A stretch of 63,273 nt of DNA, filler included, from Octopus bimaculoides (taxonomy: Eukaryota), in assembly GCF_001194135.2 (NCBI RefSeq). It is 6 parts of 5 records of this genome, joined end to end, with 100 filler letters (N's around TTAATTAATTAA, not from the genome) between each part and the next. Parts side by side here need not be neighbours in the genome. Positions count along the whole stretch, not along the records: positions 1 to 25,128 come from NC_069003.1; 5 more parts are not named here. One strand, given 5' to 3'. Positions 12,741 to 23,515 of the stretch are shown one piece after another. A model generated the notes under the pieces. The model did no database searches. It was not told the DNA's origin and saw nothing but the letters and a program-made list of their open reading frames with translations. A program made the translations under genes and the position numbers. Positions within the stretch are counted from its first letter, which is position 1. Every line of letters starts with the position of its first letter.

Positions 12741-14187
12741 TTCACTTTGAATTTAACTAATTTTGGATCGCCTTCAGAAAGCTGCGTTTACATGTATTTT
12801 CAGAATGATCAATTTCAATATTTTCTGTTTCTAAATATGTTCACACAATAGAAACAATTGTCGACTTTGTTAGGTGATTTCTACAATTAAAGATATGATT
12901 TTCTCCAAACGTATTTTTGTTGTCTAATACTCTGATTTTCTTGAAATACTTCTAAATGATATTTGGATCTACTTATCATACATGAGGAATTACCTTGGAG
13001 GTGTATTCTACTTGCATTTATTAGTATCTGATTGTTAGATATAGTTAACCAAATTCGTTTAAAACTGAGGGCTTTGTTGATATTTGCCTGGATTTTTCAA
13101 CTACACAGACATGCCCGCACAATTCGACAAACTTCTACGGTTTCATGTTTTCTGATATTTTTAAATTTTCCGAATCTTTCGACATTGGTAACTACGTTGA
13201 GACAAAGTTTTCTCCAGCCATCAGTGTAAAATCTTCCCCTGAAATTCTGTTTCAAAACATGTTTCATAATGTTGGTTGGTTACGTCTTTAGTAAGATTTT
13301 CTAATGTTTCTTGTAAATAATGTCTTCAAAGTCGAAACAAGTGTCTTCCTTGGTTCAGAGTGAAGAAGTGACATTATGTTTAGAGATTTAAAAAAATTGA
13401 TTTTAATATTTTCATGATAGGAAGGCTGCAAGCTTGCAAAATATCTAGCGGCATTTCGTCTGTCTTTACGTTCTGAGTTCAAATTCCATCGAGGTCGACA
13501 TTACTTTTCATTCTTTCAAGGCCGATAAAATAAGTACCAGTTGATCACTGGAGTCAATGTAATCGACTGACCCTGTCTCTGAAATTACTAGCTTTGTGGC
13601 AAAATTTGAAACTAGTATCTTAATGACGCGAGACGGTGAACTAGTACAATGAAGAACGCACCGGATTAAACACTAAGTGGCATTTCTTTCGGTTTTACGT
13701 TCTGAATTCAAATGCCGCCGAATTCAAATGACTTACTTTTCATCTTTGCGGAGTCGATAAAAATATATACCGAATGAGTACTGTGGTCGAGGTAATCGAC
13801 TAACCCCTCCTCTAAAATTTCTGGCCTTGTGCCAAAATTTGAAACCAATATTTCAATGACGGTTTTACATCTATGCTAGAGTCCCAGGTACAAGCTTAAA
13901 AGTACATAGAAGAGGGTTGTTTTATGGTTTGTTTGTTCGTTTTTTTTCTCTTAAAATGTTTTTCCTCGTGGATAAATAATGAGAAAACCAATCTTTAGAA
14001 AGTGAACCGTAATCCAAAACGTTTTACTGGATTTCCATATGATGGGAGATATCATATCTCATGATATTTCATTTTAGGTTCCTTTGAATTTCTTCATCAG
14101 TAAACAAGCAGTTGTAAGAATTCCTCGTCTTGTATTGCTACAAAAATTGTGTGAAATTTTAAATCTTTGACGATTTATCTCCTGTAA

Positions 14188-16305
14188 TGTAGTATAGGAA
14201 AGATACTGACTTTCCTATATAAAATTATGAATATAACGGAACGCTGAACTCCGGACTATCAACCTAAACAACATTTATTCAGGTGGTAAATATATACATT
14301 TTTAGCTCTTGTTTGTTGTTACAGCTTCTGTGTGTGTGAACATTGTTGTTTGGACGTTTGGTATGTAGATGTAAGCGAGCTGTCGAGCGTAAGTTCGAAA
14401 GATGAAGAGAGACAGCTAAACACGTAAAGAGACTGTCTCCAGAGTTGGAGTGTTGGAGACACTGCTTGACACGTCCATGCTCATGGCCGGCCGACCGAGA
14501 AAGAGATAGAATAGAAGCGGGAACGCTTGGTTGTTTNNNNNNNNNNNNNNNNNNNNNNNNNNNNNNNNNNNNNNNNNNNNNNNNNNNNNNNNNNNNNNNN
14601 NNNNNNNNNNNNNNNNNNNNNNNNNNNNNNNNNNNNNNNNNNNNNNNNNNNNNNNNNNNNNNNNNNNNNNNNNNNNNNNNNNNNNNNNNNNNNNNNNNNN
14701 NNNNNNNNNNNNNNNNNNNNNNNNNNNNNNNNNNNNNNNNNNNNNNNNNNNNNNNNNNNNNNNNNNNNNNNNNNNNNNNNNNNNNNNNNNNNNNNNNNNN
14801 NNNNNNNNNNNNNNNNNNNNNNNNNNNNNNNNNNNNNNNNNNNNNNNNNNNNNNNNNNNNNNNNNNNNNNNNNNNNNNNNNNNNNNNNNNNNNNNNNNNN
14901 NNNNNNNNNNNNNNNNNNNNNNNNNNNNNNNNNNNNNNNNNNNNNNNNNNNNNNNNNNNNNNNNNNNNNNNNNNNNNNNNNNNNNNNNNNNNNNNNNNNN
15001 NNNNNNNNNNNNNNNNNNNNNNNNNNNNNNNNNNNNNNNNNNNNNNNNNNNNNNNNNNNNNNNNNNNNNNNNNNNNNNNNNNNNNNNNNNNNNNNNNNNN
15101 NNNNNNNNNNNNNNNNNNNNNNNNNNNNNNNNNNNNNNNNNNNNNNNNNNNNNNNNNNNNNNNNNNNNNNNNNNNNNNNNNNNNNNNNNNNNNNNNNNNN
15201 NNNNNNNNNNNNNNNNNNNNNNNNTTACAGACGGTCGACAGACAAATCTCTGTACGACCATTAGCGAAAACCTCGAAGAAAATTTTCTTAACCCAAGATG
15301 AAAGAACGACCGTGCGAACTCAAAAAGGAGAAATGGTGACGAATGGAAAAACAGAGGACTCCTTTTATTTAAACGTGTCACACGTCGAACACAAAAATAA
15401 TTTTTCAATGATGATATACAAATATGTTATCCTACGATAACATAGATTTCGTAAATACCAGTAATGAGACGATAGAAAAGACAACCGTATGAAATGAATA
15501 ACAAGAGTTATTTAGTGTGGCATAAAAGATGTATGTGTATGTGAGAGTGTGAATGCGACATATAAGAACATAATAAAAGACAGGCCGTCTATATGTATGT
15601 GAGATATCACAGCATATAGAAAGTCAAAACACGTGAGAGTTTTATACCAAGTTTTTTTTTTTAGTACACAATTGGAAAGTCGCAGGCTGTAATTCTTGTC
15701 TGTTTATCGTGAGTGGAAACAACCACTCTAACAGAGGCGAGATAAAAACCGCGCTTGTTGATGTTGGTAATACGTAGTTCAGTCTCCATGGCCGCATTTC
15801 TTCTTTAGTCGGGGTTCACCAGTTATAGGTTGGTAGTCCAGAGTTCATGCTGCGTTTGTTTCTTCGTCGGGGTCACCAGTATAGGAAAGTGGGTTATCCA
15901 GCTCAGCGGGCTGCGTGTTCGAATCACGTCGGGGTCACCAGTATAGGAAAGTTGGTTATACATCATTAGATGTATACCTGACTTTCCTATATAAAATTAT
16001 GAATATAACGGAACGCTGAACTCCAGACTATCAACTTAAACAACATTTATTCAGGTGGTAAATATATACATCTTTAGCTCTTGTTTGTTGTTACAGCTTC
16101 TGTGTGTGTGAGCTTTGTTGTTGGAACGTTTGGTATGTAGATGTAAGCGAGCTGTCGAGCGTAAGTCCGAAAGATGGAGAGTGACAGCTAAACACGTCCA
16201 TGCTCTATTGCTGGCCAGCAAGAAAGAGGTAGAATAGAAGCGGGAACGCTTGGTTGTTTAATTCCACGCATGCCTGAGACTACGCATGCGCACGGCGTTA
16301 CTACA
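14188..16305 (-). mobile_element. Short non-autonomous LTR element (TRIM-like) with tRNA-Trp PBS region
   Basis: Direct repeats 14188-(14536, runs into gap) and 15941-16305; termini TGTAGTA...TACTACA (7-bp inverted); flanks GTAA/GTAG (possible 4-bp TSD, one mismatch); on the minus strand TGGTGACCCCGACG abuts the upstream LTR. No coding capacity is visible; 14537-15224 is N. Confidence 0.75.
15783..15940 (+). other. Three tandem copies of the 3' half of tRNA-Trp(CCA) including CCA, each followed by 15-18 nt of LTR end
   Basis: 15897-15940 tccagctcagcgggctgcgtgttcgaatcacgtcggggtcacca contains T-arm GCGTG-TTCGAAT-CACGT, acceptor 3' strand, discriminator and CCA, and matches recalled eukaryotic tRNA-Trp from the anticodon loop on. 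More decayed copies end at 15878 and 15821. Confidence 0.75.
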
Positions 16306-16374
16306 GTAGCTTCTTGATGACATTTTATTTCCAAAGCAGTTCTGTATCTTTGATAGATTTTTTTCTTGTTTATT

Positions 16375-16714
16375 TTGTTTTTTCAGTCATTGGACTGCGC
16401 CCATGTTGGGGTACCTCCGTTAAGGGATTTTGTCGAACGAATCGACTTCAGTACTTAGTTTTAAAACTTGGTACGGAAACGTAAACTAACCAAGTGCCCA
16501 GTGGAGGAGGAACCAAAACAAACCCCTCCGAATACATATTACACATGCACACACACACACACATGACGGGCTTCTTTCAGTTTCTGTCTACCAAATCCAC
16601 TCACGAGGCTTTGGTTGAACCGGAACTATGGTAGAAAATACATACTCAAAGTGCCATGCAGTGGGTCTGAACCGGGAACCATGCAGTTAGGAAGCAAACT
16701 TTTACCAGACACCC
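16375..16714 (-). mobile_element. SINE family A, internally deleted
   Basis: Reverse complement of head and tail modules separated by a (CA)n tract. Confidence 0.7.
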
Positions 16715-17400
16715 ACTCCTGCATCTTAAAAAAAAAGACTAAAACATTCTCGTCAGTTGTTTGTCGATGTTTCACTTCTTTTATGAAGTGAAGTTGTTGA
16801 ATTGTAATTTCTTTTCCTTTGACAACCAAATTTTCTCAGTTTCCAGCTAGCCTGGTTAAAACTTACGATCTCGCGAGTCTAAATTTGTTTTGCAAAACAA
16901 ATACAAAGTCATCGTTGGCGGCTCGCCTTTCAGAGGTGCAACGCCATCGCCCGCGGTCATGCCACCAGCGGGTTGGTTAGCTTCAGTAGATTCCGTCGAA
17001 CCTTATGGTGTGCGACCAATTGAGGCACTAGGTGTTGAATTGATGTTTTCCTTTCTTTTTCTTTCTTTCTTCCTCTTTTTCCTTTTCTTCTTACTTCGCT
17101 CATGTTTGTTTTCTTCGGTGTTGGATTTGTATTTTATTAAGGTTTTGTATTATATATGTATCATATACATACTTAATTATTAAATACAACATCAAGTGTT
17201 ATGTGTCAGCCATATTGAAAACATGTGCCAGTATGTAATTTTCCTCTTCAATAATTTCTTCGATTTTTGTAGGGTGGGATATTTTACAGCTATGCTGGCT
17301 GCTTCACCTTGTTAATGTACACCAAACCAACCTACTCTACCCTTATAGCACCCAAATTCTCCCCTGCTAGTAACCAGTTTCTTTGGGGCCTTCTCTTTTG

Positions 17401-17689
17401 CAGGGCTGTGGAGTCGATACAACAAACTTCGACTCCGACTCTGAATCCGACTCCTGTACTATTGGCACCTCCGACTCCTACTCCCCTTTATGTAGTTGAT
17501 TGTGGTCTACATATCTCATAAAGCATATGCATACGCTTGTACTTTGAGTAGGCCTATATGTTATAACTGGTTCATATTAAAGAATAAAGACATTGTGAGT
17601 CGGAATCAGAGTCGGTATAGCTTTACCGACTTTGACTCCAGCTACCTCTTAATTGTTTCCAACTCCACGACGCCGACTCCACAGCCCTA
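17401..17689. mobile_element. hAT-type MITE
   Basis: 16-bp TIR cagggctgtggagtcg / cgactccacagcccta; perfect 8-bp TSD CTCTTTTG (17393-17400, 17690-17697); subterminal GACTCC/GAGTC repeats. Confidence 0.9.
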
Positions 17690-17857
17690 CTCTTTTGTAA
17701 TTTAACGGCTCAAAAATGTACAAAGTTTTCACACAAATGGCATTGTTAGTAAAAAGAATGTAAAATCGTTACGTTTGATCACTGATCCATACAAGGAATG
17801 ATGCTATCTTCTTTAGTCCGTAACCCAGTAGACTGGACGGAGTGCATATCCTTAACT

Positions 17858-18060
17858 TCAGTCAAATATTTTCTTTTTTCCCTTCAGAATTCTGTACACA
17901 GTTGAAGAATTTAAAGAATATCTCACGCATATGGCTTTTTTCCTTAACAGTATTTCCAGATATTGGTGTTGTTTTAAAATGTCATACTTCTCTTCTAAAC
18001 TTTTGGTTCTTAATTTCTTAGTTGATGTTTCCAACAGTGATAGCTTTCTTTCGTTCTTTT
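17858..18060 (-). pseudogene. pogo/Tigger-like transposase N-terminal HTH remnant
   Basis: KKLRTKSLEEKYDILK...KKAICVRYSLNSSTVYRILKGKKKI resembles the CENP-B/psq-type HTH; no DDE domain is visible. Confidence 0.45.
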
Positions 18061-18733
18061 TGGCATGTTGGATAAAAAAAAAAGGAGTGTCACAAATTCT
18101 AACGAAAACACACACAAGCAATAAAGGAAAGCATTCTAAATTGCCTCATTTATTCATTTACTAATAACATGAGGCCAGGGGATTGCCGAATCTCGACAAT
18201 TTTATTTAGCGGTTCGTTCAGCTTACTGATAAGCACATTCATGCAGTTGAACGTCATTTCTAGGGGTGGGGAGTGAAGCAGGTATTAAATTAGTTATGGA
18301 TTTTAAAAAAAGTATGATGATATTACTTTTTTTTAATTATTTTAATTTTTTTGCCACAGAAAACTTCTGGTAAAATCGTTAACTTCTAAATCAGTAAGCT
18401 AAAATATATAAATGATTTATTTATAGGAATGGTGAATCTTGAAGCAAATAAAGACAAATAATAGCATGAAAATATCGAGTTAAAAACTCTTTGGATAGAG
18501 AAAAATTGAATGATATCCGTGGAACTTGAACTCACACCTCCCGTAAACATAATAGACGTTTTACCATGGGACCAAAGCAATCTTTCAAATTTCTTCGTCC
18601 ATTTTAGAAACATTTTTTTTTTCCAACGAGAATTGTGTTTGCAAAGTTTCTAAATTCTGATGATGTCAACAACCTACAGTTCTTGCTGGTATCAATAAAG
18701 CTTCTGAAATGGGTAGGGAAATTTGAAAAATTT

Positions 18734-18787
18734 GGTCCTATGGTAGAATGTTTGCAGGAGACGTGGGTTCGAGTCCCAAGGGCAGCC
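18734..18787 (+). pseudogene. tRNA-like fragment lacking a proper anticodon arm
   Basis: tggtagaatg (D-loop/A-box-like) and tggg-ttcgagt-ccca (T-arm/B-box) only 11 nt apart. Confidence 0.4.
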
Positions 18788-19147
18788 TTCAAACCTTTCT
18801 ATCCAAAGGAGTTTTTACTCAAAATTTTTATGTTTATAATCTTTGCTTCGAGATTCATCAAAATTTCTAAAAAGAATTATTTTACACTTCTCTAAGTTTA
18901 ATTTCTTATGATGTCTGCTAGATATATGATTTTTCCTTGAGTTTCATTTAAGTTTTTCTTGGGAGAGTTAAGCTGGTTGCTAACAAAGCGACAAGTCTTT
19001 TTGAACTAAGACAGGACGTGCTTGTAAACATGTGGTTGAGTTGGTTTGTAGGTTGAACTGACGATGCGTACGCCCAAGTCCTATTCACATTAGAATTTTT
19101 GGAATGTCTAACAAATCTTCAGAGATCGTGTGCTGGAACGAAAACAA

Positions 19148-19438
19148 TTGCAGCGTGTTTCTTAAATAGCTTATAAACATAAGCTATTTAAGAAACACAC
19201 AAAAACCGTTAGATTCACTTCAACATTTAAATTTAATTTGCCAAAATATTTTCGTCGCTTTGAGACCGCGACTTGTTCACTGACAAAATTCCGAGATGCA
19301 GCATGGAATTTTGTCAGTGAACAGGTTGCGTTCTCAAAGCGACAAAAATATCTTGGCAAATTAAATTTAAATGCTGAAGTGACTCAAACGGTTTTTGTGT
19401 ATTTCTTAAATGGCTTATAAACACCTTCCACGCTGCAA
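19148..19438. repeat. Nested inverted repeats (fold-back)
   Basis: ~114-bp arms 19179-19292 / 19305-19418; perfect 20-bp hairpin 19155-19198; outer 10-bp IR ttgcagcgtg / cacgctgcaa. Confidence 0.9.
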
Positions 19439-19498
19439 TAATAAATTTGTACTCTACAAAAGTAAAGAGTAATCCATCAGATTATATACATACATGTA

Positions 19499-19724
19499 CA
19501 GGGTAGCCCAAAAGTAGGTTTACAGTTATCACGTAAGCACTTTAAACTTATTTTTATTACATTTAAATTTCTGTCTTACAAACTGAAAAGGGAGCTTGAG
19601 AAAATTAACTAAATTATCATAGAATAATGATTTTATATTTTTTTATAACTAAGATCTAAACTGTTAATAAATAAATGTGAAAGAGATAGTTGAATAACTG
19701 TAAACCTACTTTTGGGCCACCCTG
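19499..19724. mobile_element. Tc1/mariner-type MITE
   Basis: 31-bp TIR cagggt(a/g)gcccaaaagtaggtttacagttat with one mismatch; TA on both flanks. Confidence 0.85.
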
Positions 19725-21039
19725 TATATACTATCTTGCTCTGTATATTTATACTGTATATTTATATATAGAGAGAGACTATTTTGGTTTGTATAGATAA
19801 TCTTAGTCTATATAGATTGATGTATGATTATATGTATGTATGTATATATATATATAGACTAAGAGAGAGAGAGAGATAGTATATTTAATATTGATTTCAA
19901 ATTTTGGTACAAGGCCAGCAATTTCAAAGGAGTGGCTGAGTTCATTACATCAATTGGTATTTATTTTATTGACCCCGCCAAAAGGATGAAAGGCAAAGTC
20001 AACCTTGACTGAATTTGAACGCAGAACATTAAGGCAGTAACAATACTACCAAGCATTTCCCCTGACATTCTCGCCACGTTAATAGTCATTTAATATAAGA
20101 AAATACTCATCGACTGCACTTACTTCTAAACCTAATACTAATCCTCCCTCTTATGCTAAGCCATTCTCTAACCGTAATCCTAGCCATAACCCTAATATTA
20201 ATATAAAATGCTGATGCCAGTGCTTTTTTTTCTTTTTTTTTTTTTGTTGTTGTTGTTATGAAACCTCAGGAGTTTTGCTACAGTCCTATACTGTCAAATG
20301 TATGGGGTGTTGATAAAATATGAGCCTTATTGAACTGTGAAACCCATTGAATTGACAACTGTATGGAGCACATCCTGTGGGACCCTACACATTGTGTGTG
20401 TTTGTGTGTGTGGGTGAATGTATGTGTGTGATTATGTGTATGTAAATGATTGTGTGTATATATTTGTGTAAAGATGTATGTACACACACACACATACACA
20501 CACACATACACATACACACACACACACAGAGGCCTAATATTGTTTGTGCTTGTATCCTATATATTTGAGTGTATATGTGTACATATGTATGTGTACATGT
20601 ATATATGTATATGTGTTTACAAGTTTGTATGTGTATATGTGTATGTATATATATATATGTATATTTGTATGTATGTATGTGTGTGTATATATGTATGCAT
20701 GTCTGTGTGTGTATTTATAGTGTTTATAGTGTGTGTATGTTAAATCTTTTGCATCTCCCTACTCCTTTCTCTCTTTCTCTCTTTCTCTCTTTCTCTCTCT
20801 TTCTAATACACCCACCCACAACCATGCAGCCCTCCTCCTGGAACATAAAGCTTACTAAAAAACCCAAATAATCCAAACAATCGTATTTATTTTAGCACGG
20901 GATACAGGGCTTTGAAACTTAGAAAACAGACCTCTAGATATTCAAGGTTAACATGGCTAAATATTAAAAAGGGGACAATAATCACCTAATCCCTCTATTT
21001 CTTCCTCCTCTTCCACTTTCTCATGCTGCTACTGATTCT

Positions 21040-21372
21040 CATCATAGTCATCATCATTGTCGTTGTAATCATCATCATCCTCGTCATCATTATCATCATC
21101 ATCATCATTGTCATCATCATCATTGTCATCATCATCCTTGTTATCATCATCATCATTGTCATCAGTGATCAATCTCACCATCACCTTAAGTATCACCATT
21201 ACCATTGTCATCAACACCACCACCAACAAGAACAACAATACTACCACCAACAAGAACAACAACACCAACACCACAACCATCACCACTGTCACAACCACCA
21301 CCAAAACAACTATTGACAAAAACACCACCACCATCACCATCATTATGATCATCTTCATGACTCATTGTCATT
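21040..21372. repeat. Degenerate (CAT)/(CAC)/(CAA) trinucleotide region
   Basis: Direct reading; similar tracts at 47850-47943, 48255-48390 and 59966-60105. Confidence 0.9.
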
Positions 21373-21729
21373 ATCAACATTTTCCATAGGTGCTTGTATG
21401 GCTGATTGGTTAAGGATTTCACTTTGTGTGGTACCTTGGGCAAGTATCTTCTTACAATGCCTTGTAAGTGAATTCAGTAGTGGGGTAACAATGTGGAAGT
21501 CCACCATGAATATATATGGAAAATAACAGCTGTCAAGAGGCAGAGATCAAACACCAAAGACATAAAGAAGAACAACTCACTCTTCATCCCCCACCAACCC
21601 TCCCCTGCAATAAATGCCCTTGGCACCCTTGGTCTGAACAGCCACCTCAGGCACTGGCACCCTTCACACCCATTAAGATGAAGAGATTCAATTACTTGCT
21701 GTAGATTAACTATTTGGACATGAGTTAAT

Positions 21730-22038
21730 GCCAATGATTACTGCTGAGATGCTTAAAATATTTGGCGGAGTAGGATATGGCCTACAGTTAATCAGGCTGT
21801 CCATGACGGAATCATACCTAATGATTAGTGTAGCAGCAGTATAGCCAACTACTACAAAGGCAAAGGTAGAAATAATTACTGAAGCATCAAATTGTGGGAC
21901 CAGGTGATGAAAGTCACAGAAAAGGTCAAAGCTCAATTAATTAGGAAGAGAGTTAGTGCAGATGATCTGCAGTTTGAATTTGTGCCTAGTAGGAACATGA
22001 CTGATGTTATATTCCTGGTTAGGCAACTGCAGGAGAAG
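21730..22038 (+). mobile_element. RTE-clade LINE, 5' part of RT (interrupted)
   Basis: ITAEMLK, IPND, YKGKG..NY*SIKLWDQVMKVTEKV..QLIR...QFEFVPSRNMTDVIFLVRQLQEK; ends at codon boundary 22038. Confidence 0.8.
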
Positions 22039-22100
22039 TCATCATCGTCATCATCATCACTATTGTTTAATGGCCGTTTTCCATGTTGGCATGGGATGGA
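22039..22100 (-). mobile_element. Inverted RTE-type 3' terminus with (TGA)n tail
   Basis: Reverse complement reads ...ccatgccaacatggaaaacggccattaaacaatagtgatgatgatgacgatgatga, resembling the tails at 24990-25030 and 52547-52594. Confidence 0.55.
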
Positions 22101-22309
22101 CAGTTTGTTGGACAGTGAAGTAAAATCAAAATAAAAATTAAAAATAATAAAAAGAAATAAAAAAAAAAGAATAAAGAAAGAGATAAGATGCCAGTATTAT
22201 TCTTCATAAGTATTGGTTGGGGTGAGAGGTCAGGCATTAAGGTTTTGATAAAGTGGAGGAGGAAGGTATTTATGTCTATTGATTAAATAGATGAAATCTA
22301 GGTTAAGTG

Positions 22310-22804
22310 TGATCAGTGGTCAGTAGGGATAGCTAAAAAGAGATGCCTAACTGAAGCAGGTATATATAGAATAAAACTACAATTAAATAGAATTAATATT
22401 TGCAGGGCTTCTTTCAGACAGAGTCCACATGTGGAGTGCTGACTTTGGTGTGGGATACCAGAATCTATAATGGCCCAGGATATCCTATATGGTACTCTCT
22501 TATTTATCAGATGGTGTATGTGGCTGGCTAGGGACATGAATTTGCTATGCTCTTCATATTTAAATGAGTTTAGATGAGCAGAATATCTCTGTTTAAAATT
22601 AATAGTAGACCGATGTAGTAGCTTGTAGGATTATGTAATATGTCGTGGGGAATACATTTGTATACCATGATAAACTTTCTGCAGTGGGCTTGCAGTGGGC
22701 ATTCTGTCGCAAACCAGCAGTTGCAACTATGTCTTGTGGAGAGGGAAAATGCTGTACTATTTATGGACGAGTTAAATTTTAAGGTGGGTGTTAGGGGATT
22801 GCTC

Positions 22805-22837
<33 letters not shown>

Positions 22838-23500
22838 GAAGTAGTAGTAGTAGTAGTGGTGGTGGTGGTGGTGTTGGTGGTGGTGGTTGTACTTGTCATA
22901 TTAAAGTTATTAGCATTAGTAGTAGTAGTAGTAGTGGTGCTATTAGTATTAACATTCGTTCTTGGCTGTATTTCGACCCTCCTCAGAAGTGGGGATGGTC
23001 ATGTCCTGATTTATGCTGGTTATAGTGCTTGCGTTTATGCAATCATGTTCGGTGTTAGTGGTTTCACTGTATTGACCTATGTTATGATTATATATATTTA
23101 GGTAGTAGGAATTAAGTTTACTCTTACTGGATGAGGTAACAATAGATTCTATGTTGGGCGGAGAGGAGTAGGATAGTTTCAGAGTAGATTTGTTGAAGAT
23201 TGAATGATTCTTATAGTGACTCGGGAAGTTAGAGTCTACTATTTGAAAAATGGTTTTGGTTAAGCCCTTAACGTTTAAAGCAAATGGAGGTGTAAGCCAG
23301 GGAATCGATCTTCCCCTGCTTTTATTAGGCTATACAAGGGTAGTATAATCCATAGTATTTGTTAGAGGAGGGTTGCGGGACACGTTATTGTTTATGTGTT
23401 TGAGTTTCGATTGAATGCTATATGGGTGAGTGCAGGGCAGATGAGAGCATCTCACTCGAGGTCCTTTTAGGTTTCTAGTGGGGGTTTTAGTTTGTCTATC
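22310..23500 (-). mobile_element. Degenerate Penelope-like element (RT thumb + GIY-YIG; same type as 4735-6200)
   Basis: Minus-strand translation gives SIPWLTPPFALNVK...FQIVDSNFP...IFNKSTLKLSYSSPPN, a poly-T/poly-N linker, CNC....CPL..C....VYKC......YYIGL and SLASHIHHL...ISWAII....CGLCLKE. Confidence 0.7.
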
Positions 23501-23515
23501 TATAGTGGGAGGGTT

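Noticed and set aside
15783-15940. CRISPR array or functional tRNA gene
   Set aside because: Eukaryotic context, no cas genes or unique spacers; the units lack the 5' half of the tRNA and contain encoded CCA.
18400-19140. hAT transposase remnant on the minus strand
   Set aside because: Only a vague LN..LQG-like match amid many stops.
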